Assembly (NCBI GenBank): GCA_965197475.1
Contig: CBDANF010000003.1
Location: 384,001-448,000, forward strand
Source of the DNA: Candidatus Poribacteria bacterium
GTDB taxonomy: Bacteria > Poribacteria > WGA-4E > WGA-3G
DNA length: 64,000 nt
Reading direction: 5' to 3'
The position numbers and the translations under genes are program-made. Below the pieces are notes generated by a model. It ran no database searches, was not told the origin of the DNA, and worked only from the letters and a program-made list of their open reading frames with translations. Shown here piece after piece: positions 58,211 to 64,000 of this stretch. Every line of letters begins with the position of its first letter. The stretch's first letter is position 1.

Positions 58211-60727
58211 TTACAACGTATTGGTTGGATCAATATCTATAACACATTCAATAGCATTTGATTTTATTGCTGGTGGTGGATCATCGTTTAAGAACTGTAG
58301 GAGTTGACAGATATTTTCAACATTCTTACTTCGGAGCAGGAAGTGCCAGCGAAACTTTCCATCGATTTTTGAGAGTGGCGCGGGGGCGGGCCCTAAGATT
58401 TTTATCTCTGAAAACTGGTCGGTTTGTAAGACTTCAAGATGATTACGGACAGTATGCGCTGCATCAATTACCTCATTCTCATTTTTGCCGCGGAGCAGGA
58501 TCGTGGCGACATGGGAAAAAGGAGGATACTGTAAGGCACTTCGTGCTTCCACTTCCTTTTCATAAAAACCGACATAGTCATGCGTTTGTGCGGCTGAAAT
58601 ACAGTAGTTCTCCGGCATATAGGTTTGTATGATAACCTCACCAGCCGTTTCGGCACGTCCTGAACGCCCAGCAACTTGTGTGAGTAGACTAAACGTCTGT
58701 TCGCTGGCTCGGAAATCGGGTAGATTTAGAGCTGTATCCGCCACAATAACACCAACAAGGGTCACGTTTGGAAAATCTAAACCTTTTGCCACCATCTGAG
58801 TGCCTATTAATATATCAATTTTCTGATGTTCGAAAGCCTCTAAAATTTTCAGATGGGCGTTTTTCCGTGCCGTAGAATCTGCATCAAATCTCTTGACGTT
58901 TGCACTTGGAAACGCCTTGCGTACTTCCTGTTCAACGGTCTCTGTGCCGAACCCTCTACGTCCAAAATAGTCAATGGCAGGACTGTTACATTCAGGGCAT
59001 GAGGGGTGTGTATCGCGATTATGTCCACAATGATGACAGACCAACTTTTTCGTCTCAAAGTGAAACGTCAATGAAAGTGAACAGTTCCTACACTTCTCTA
59101 CATAACCACAAGTACGACAAAAAACATACCTTGAATGCCCGCGCCGATTGAGAAACAAAATAACTTGCTCACGTTTTTCCAATCGTTCTGCGATTGAGCT
59201 TCTGAGAAATTCAGAGAAGATAGTGCGGTTTCCCTTTTTTAGCTCACTTCGCATATCAACGATGTGGACTTCGGGCATCTTTCTGTCCAAAACCCGCGAA
59301 GGAAGCGTAAGCAGTTTATACGTGCCACTCTGTGCGTGAAAAAAACTTTCAAGGGAGGGCGTTGCACTGCCGAGTATTAATGGGCAGTTTGCGAGTTCGG
59401 TCCGCTTCTGTGCTACTTCTCGAGCGTGGTAACGCGGCGCAGTATCAGATTTATAAGAATCCGAATGTTCTTCATCAATAATTAGTAAGCCGAGTTTCTT
59501 AACTGGTGCAAAAACGGCAGAACGAGGACCTATGACAATATCAGCGTCACCTTTTTGGATGCGATGCCACTGATCAAAACGTTCACCATCACTGAGGCGA
59601 CTGTGAAGCACAGCAACGCGTTCTCCGAAACGTCCAATAATCCTAGATGCTGTTTGCGGCGTAAGAGAAATTTCTGGCACAAGCACGATAACTGATTTTC
59701 CGCTTTCGAGAATCTGTGCGATTGCCCGCATATACACTTCGGTTTTACCGCTACCCGTTACACCGTGAAGTAAGAAAGCCTGTTTTGAGCTGTTTTCGGT
59801 TTGAAGTTCATTAAGAATTTCTGTGAATGCAGCAGATTGTGCAGAATCTAAAACGTGAGGTTCTGTAGGCACTATAGGTTGGCAACTCAAGGGATTGCGT
59901 ACTGATGAAACGCGTGTAATTTTAATAAATCCGCGTCTTTCAAGTGTGCCGAGCAGAGACGCACTTGTCTTTACGCGTTTTGTGAGTTCAGTTGTGGCTA
60001 ATGGTGCATCTTCATCAAGCAGGATTTGTAAAATTTCGGCATGTTTGACAGCAGCTGCATGAGGTGTACGTCTTTCGTTACGATTAGCCGAATTTCCATA
60101 TCCATCTTCGCCGGATGTTAATTCAGCAATCTCAACCTCAATATCAGCAGGTGGTATGGCTAAAGTGGCGACAGTGGTAAACTGGGCAGTCGCTTTGGGT
60201 TTATGTGTGACGACAATATCAATAACACCTTTTTCTTGAAGTGCTGTTATTTTCGGGCGAAGATTTGCGGAACTCACGCCAATACGTCGTGCAAGCTGAG
60301 ATGGAGAGAGTGCACCCTCTGATTCCAAAAGCGCAACAATCCTCTTTTGTACTTTTCCTATGGGGACAACGTATTCAGAGCGCAATTGCACCAGTTGTTG
60401 TTTTTGGTTTCGCACAGCGGCAGGAACAGCACAAAAGAGCGCGTTTCCCCATGAAGATAGGTAGTAGTCCGCCATCCATTTAGTGAGTGTGAGTAGGTCT
60501 TCGGAAAATGTTGGGATCTCATCAAGACAGTCTGAGATATTCTTGAGTTTGTCGGAAGATAAATCCGTTTCATCAATCCGTTCAACAACAACCCCTTCCT
60601 GAGTACTGCCGTGAAAAGAAGCGAGGACACGGACACCAGGTTGCACAATTGCATCTAAATATTGCGGGACAGCGTAAGTAAACAGTCGGTTGACTGCGAT
60701 AGGAAAAGCGACGTTGGCGTAACTCAT
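58211..60727 (-). CDS. priA: Primosomal protein N'
   Basis: LLHGVTGSGKTEVY, VPEISLTPQ, IIDEEH, GSATPS, four CxxC pairs, QVAGRSGR. Confidence 0.97.
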   Translation of the reverse strand: MSYANVAFPIAVNRLFTYAVPQYLDAIVQPGVRVLASFHGSTQEGVVVERIDETDLSSDKLKNISDCLDEIPTFSEDLLTLTKWMADYYLSSWGNALFCAVPAAVRNQKQQLVQLRSEYVVPIGKVQKRIVALLESEGALSPSQLARRIGVSSANLRPKITALQEKGVIDIVVTHKPKATAQFTTVATLAIPPADIEVEIAELTSGEDGYGNSANRNERRTPHAAAVKHAEILQILLDEDAPLATTELTKRVKTSASLLGTLERRGFIKITRVSSVRNPLSCQPIVPTEPHVLDSAQSAAFTEILNELQTENSSKQAFLLHGVTGSGKTEVYMRAIAQILESGKSVIVLVPEISLTPQTASRIIGRFGERVAVLHSRLSDGERFDQWHRIQKGDADIVIGPRSAVFAPVKKLGLLIIDEEHSDSYKSDTAPRYHAREVAQKRTELANCPLILGSATPSLESFFHAQSGTYKLLTLPSRVLDRKMPEVHIVDMRSELKKGNRTIFSEFLRSSIAERLEKREQVILFLNRRGHSRYVFCRTCGYVEKCRNCSLSLTFHFETKKLVCHHCGHNRDTHPSCPECNSPAIDYFGRRGFGTETVEQEVRKAFPSANVKRFDADSTARKNAHLKILEAFEHQKIDILIGTQMVAKGLDFPNVTLVGVIVADTALNLPDFRASEQTFSLLTQVAGRSGRAETAGEVIIQTYMPENYCISAAQTHDYVGFYEKEVEARSALQYPPFSHVATILLRGKNENEVIDAAHTVRNHLEVLQTDQFSEIKILGPAPAPLSKIDGKFRWHFLLRSKNVENICQLLQFLNDDPPPAIKSNAIECVIDIDPTNTL

Positions 60728-60788
60728 TCTCTTCTTGTTCCCGAATTAACAGTAGATTTTTATCATGCCTAAGAATCAGATGTCAATT

Positions 60789-61493
60789 TCAATTTTCATC
60801 TAAAAACGCGACCACCTTTTGCATATCTTCCCAGACATCGCGCTTGGCATTTGGGTTTCGGAGCAGATATGCTGGATGATAGGTCGGCATAATGACAGGA
60901 TTATTTTCACGCTGTTCAGCAAGTGCATAGGGATGCATACGCCCGCGAAGTGCGGAAATGCTCATATTCGTATCAAGCAACATCTTACCTGCGAAACTAC
61001 CGAGCGCGACAATCACCTTCGGCTGGATCAGTTCTATTTGGCGTATTAGGTAGGGGCTACATGTTTCAACTTCATCCGGGGCAGGATTTCTGTTGCCAGG
61101 GGGACGGCATTTAAGCACGTTTGCGATGTAGACATCGTTTCGCGTTAACTGCATCGCTTCAATAATTTTTGTCAGTAATTGCCCCGCTCTGCCAACGAAA
61201 GGTTCACCTTGGCGATCTTCATCGGCACCCGGGGCTTCACCAACAAACATCAGATCGGCATTCGGGTTTCCTACACCGAAAACGACGGTATTTCGCCCCT
61301 CATGTAATCCACATTTGGTACAACTTTGCGCATCAGCATCTAAGGTAGATAAATCTAAGTTTGCGAATTCAGATTCTGGCTCGGATTCCTTTAATTCTGC
61401 TTCAAAAAAACCGAGTTCAAGTTGTTCTTCCACGTATTCCCTCACAGTCGCAACAAGTTGTAGATATTCCTCTCTAAGGTCATTTTTATCCAT
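60789..61493 (-). CDS. Uracil-DNA glycosylase, family 4
   Basis: CTKCGL, VGEAPG, PFVGRAG, KCRPPGNR, TYHPAYLLR. Confidence 0.93.
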   Translation of the reverse strand: MDKNDLREEYLQLVATVREYVEEQLELGFFEAELKESEPESEFANLDLSTLDADAQSCTKCGLHEGRNTVVFGVGNPNADLMFVGEAPGADEDRQGEPFVGRAGQLLTKIIEAMQLTRNDVYIANVLKCRPPGNRNPAPDEVETCSPYLIRQIELIQPKVIVALGSFAGKMLLDTNMSISALRGRMHPYALAEQRENNPVIMPTYHPAYLLRNPNAKRDVWEDMQKVVAFLDEN

Positions 61494-61515
61494 ACACTTT
61501 CCTTGCAGATCTGTG

Positions 61516-63228
61516 TCAGTTGCGTAGTTTATCAAATAGTGTTAGACTGTCAAACCAAGTGATATATAAAAATAGTGCGATGATAAGGACCACACTAACC
61601 TGTTGAACAATTTCCTGTGCTTTACGTGGCACCGGACGTCCTCGGATTTTCTCCACAGCAAAAAATAGTAGATGGCCTCCATCAGCAATGGGGATCGGTA
61701 ACAAATTAACGATAGCGAGATTAATACTGATAAAACCGATGAAAAAAAGTACAGTGGCTAAACCAACACTTGCAAACATACGACTCGTAACATCAAGAAT
61801 GCCAAGGGGACCAGTGAGAAATTTCGGGGACACTTCTCCACCGATCAGTTGTTTCAATGTTCGAGTGATAGATGTACAAGTAAGCCAAGTGGTCTCAACC
61901 CCTTTGCCGAATGCTGTGAAAACGTTATATTTAGGTAACGGAGGACCATCTATTTTCATTCCACTCAGATAAGTCGCCCATCTAATGCCAAAAAATGTAC
62001 CTTCTTCATCCTTTTTGGATCTTTTTGCGGGGGAAATTGTAAACGTTTTTTCTGTTCCATCTCGAAGAAAACCAAGTGTTATAGGGGTGTCCGCCACCTT
62101 TTCCAGTTCTGTGTAGAGCGATGTGCTATCTACAGATGTTCCGTTGATGCTAACCAGAACATCTTTGTTCTTAATCCCTGCCTTTGCTGCAGTACTTTTC
62201 TTTTGGACAAAGGTTTTTATCTGCCAAGTGACAGGCAAATCAAATGTAAGTTTTTCAAATGTATCTTTCTCAACACGCCTGCGAATACCAAGTTCAAGAG
62301 TATCTTGTTTCTGATTAATATGGTTGTAATATGCTTGGTATTCTGGACGACCACGCCAGTCTCTTTGAGGATCTATTTCAGGATGCCAAATCCCTGGATT
62401 GAATACGGGAACGGTATGCAATTTTTGTCCATCAATGGTTTCTATCTGATCTCCAACCATTATCCCCGCCTGTGCTGCCAAACCGCCTTCAACAACGCCG
62501 GAAACGAAAACATTACTACTACCGATTACCTTAATCTTGCCGTAGCTTCCCCTTGGCGGATTTGGGACTGCGTCTGGCACTACGGTGAGTGTTTTCAAAT
62601 CACCATCCCGCTGCACAACGAGTTCCAACTCCTTATCAGGATTCATGAATATTTTCGTTTGAAAAACAACAAAGTTTGTGATACGGTCGCCATTTATTGA
62701 AACAATTGTATCACCGGGCATCAAACCACCGACAGCAGCGGGACCCTCATCAGCAAGCATACCTATTTGAACAACCTCCTGTTTTTCGCCAAAAGATTGT
62801 CCTGTCAACCGACTGATTAACCCTGCGGAATCGGCATCAAGACCAACAGTGAAGATAAACCAAAAGGCAAGTATACCGAACAAGAGATTCACAGCGGGAC
62901 CTGCGATGACAACAAACGCACGATTACCCAGTGAAGCACTCGCAAATTCTCCCTCAGCACCTGTCTGTTCACTCGGGTTTTCACCCTCCATTTGTACGTA
63001 CCCGCCAAATGGCAACAGAGAGAGTTTGTATTCTGTATCTCCCCGTTGAAATCCAACAATTTTTGGACCAAAACCGAGTGAAAAGGAATTTACCTTAATC
63101 CCTGCCCGCTTTGCAGCGAGAAAATGACCAAGTTCATGAATAAAAATAAGAAAACCGAGCGGAATAATTGCAATAAGTACCGCTTTGATGCCCGGAATAA
63201 TTGCGAGAATTGGTCCAAGAAAATCCAT
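61516..63228 (-). CDS. rseP: RIP metalloprotease RseP with multiple PDZ domains
   Basis: IHELGHF, LPFGGYV, AGPAVN, NLLPIPIADGG; downstream of dxr. Confidence 0.93.
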   Translation of the reverse strand: MDFLGPILAIIPGIKAVLIAIIPLGFLIFIHELGHFLAAKRAGIKVNSFSLGFGPKIVGFQRGDTEYKLSLLPFGGYVQMEGENPSEQTGAEGEFASASLGNRAFVVIAGPAVNLLFGILAFWFIFTVGLDADSAGLISRLTGQSFGEKQEVVQIGMLADEGPAAVGGLMPGDTIVSINGDRITNFVVFQTKIFMNPDKELELVVQRDGDLKTLTVVPDAVPNPPRGSYGKIKVIGSSNVFVSGVVEGGLAAQAGIMVGDQIETIDGQKLHTVPVFNPGIWHPEIDPQRDWRGRPEYQAYYNHINQKQDTLELGIRRRVEKDTFEKLTFDLPVTWQIKTFVQKKSTAAKAGIKNKDVLVSINGTSVDSTSLYTELEKVADTPITLGFLRDGTEKTFTISPAKRSKKDEEGTFFGIRWATYLSGMKIDGPPLPKYNVFTAFGKGVETTWLTCTSITRTLKQLIGGEVSPKFLTGPLGILDVTSRMFASVGLATVLFFIGFISINLAIVNLLPIPIADGGHLLFFAVEKIRGRPVPRKAQEIVQQVSVVLIIALFLYITWFDSLTLFDKLRN

Positions 63229-63293
63229 TGTTCTCTCCTATTTTATGATTGCAAGATTAGGGAATTTCTGTGTATATTTAATAGAACGTTGAT

Positions 63294-64000
63294 CTATCGT
63301 TTTGTGTTAATGATTGAACGGGTAGTTGATTTTGCCCATTGGTCAACTTCAAGGACATCCTCAAGTGAAGGATCGGTAATCACATCATGTCTGTCCATTA
63401 CGCATTGCAAAATTGCAGGAATATCCATAAATCCGATCCGTTCATTAAGAAAAGCATCTACCACAACTTCATCTGCACTACTAAGGACAACAGGAAGTGT
63501 GCCTCCAACTTCTGCAGCAGTATACGCAAGTGAGATACAGGGAAACTTTTCTTTGTCAACCGGTTCAAAATGCAGCGTGCAAGGTTCTCGCAAATCTAAC
63601 CGTGTGATGGGTGTTGATAATCTTTTAGGATATGTCAAAGCATACTGAATCATAATTCGCATATCCGTGGGCCCTAACTGAGCAAGCGTTGAGCCATCTG
63701 TCCATTCAACCATTGAATGGATGATACTTTCTCGGTGTACAACAATGTCAATCTTTTCAAGTTCAATATCAAACAACCACTTGGCTTCAATAACTTCTAA
63801 CCCTTTGTTCATCATGGTAGCGGAATCAATCGTAATTTTTGCTCCCATATCCCAATTGGGATGCCGAAGTGCTTGTTGAGGCGTTACTGTGTAGAGTTCC
63901 TCTTTCCGCATATCCCGAAACGGCCCGCCTGAGGCAGTTAATAACAGCCGATGTATGTCAGCTTGTCGATCTCGTGCCCCCTCTAAGCATTGAAAGATTG
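63294..64000 (-). CDS. dxr: 1-deoxy-D-xylulose 5-phosphate reductoisomerase (5' end outside the window)
   Basis: TASGGPFR, HPNWDMGAKITIDSATMMNKGLEVIEA, IIHSMV. Confidence 0.96.
   Translation of the reverse strand, partial: IFQCLEGARDRQADIHRLLLTASGGPFRDMRKEELYTVTPQQALRHPNWDMGAKITIDSATMMNKGLEVIEAKWLFDIELEKIDIVVHRESIIHSMVEWTDGSTLAQLGPTDMRIMIQYALTYPKRLSTPITRLDLREPCTLHFEPVDKEKFPCISLAYTAAEVGGTLPVVLSSADEVVVDAFLNERIGFMDIPAILQCVMDRHDVITDPSLEDVLEVDQWAKSTTRSIINTKR

Noticed and set aside
1-64000. Numerous 60-180-aa ORFs antisense or frame-shifted within long genes; tRNA/rRNA genes
   Set aside because: The shadow ORFs lack recognisable motifs, and no tRNA or rRNA signatures were recognised.

Overview
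Bacterial chromosomal window, roughly 42-45% GC by eye. The gene repertoire (ECF sigma-WD40 fusions, LRR/WD40-cohesin-dockerin proteins ending '...ATRKMLILK', futalosine pathway) suggests Candidatus Poribacteria; this is inference. Housekeeping genes (sucC, pgk, proS, sucD, panB, iolG, mqnE/mqnA, trpS, priA, udg, rseP, dxr) are interleaved with accessory loci. These include three tandem, mosaic membrane-anchored ECF sigma-WD40 genes sharing a promoter motif, an alpha-2-macroglobulin, large secreted modular proteins, an Rpn-family gene with an internal start, ISAs1 and IS630 remnants, and many MITE/REP elements. Three signals are least explained by standard annotation. (1) A 1.77-kb element bounded by 13-bp terminal inverted repeats carries two DUF1670-like genes and no recognisable transposase. 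(2) A repeated sigma-54 promoter plus paired TGCAC enhancer architecture occurs at two loci. (3) The ECF-WD40 array shows evidence of module shuffling. No rRNA, tRNA or CRISPR array was seen. Product calls come from motif recognition, not database searches.
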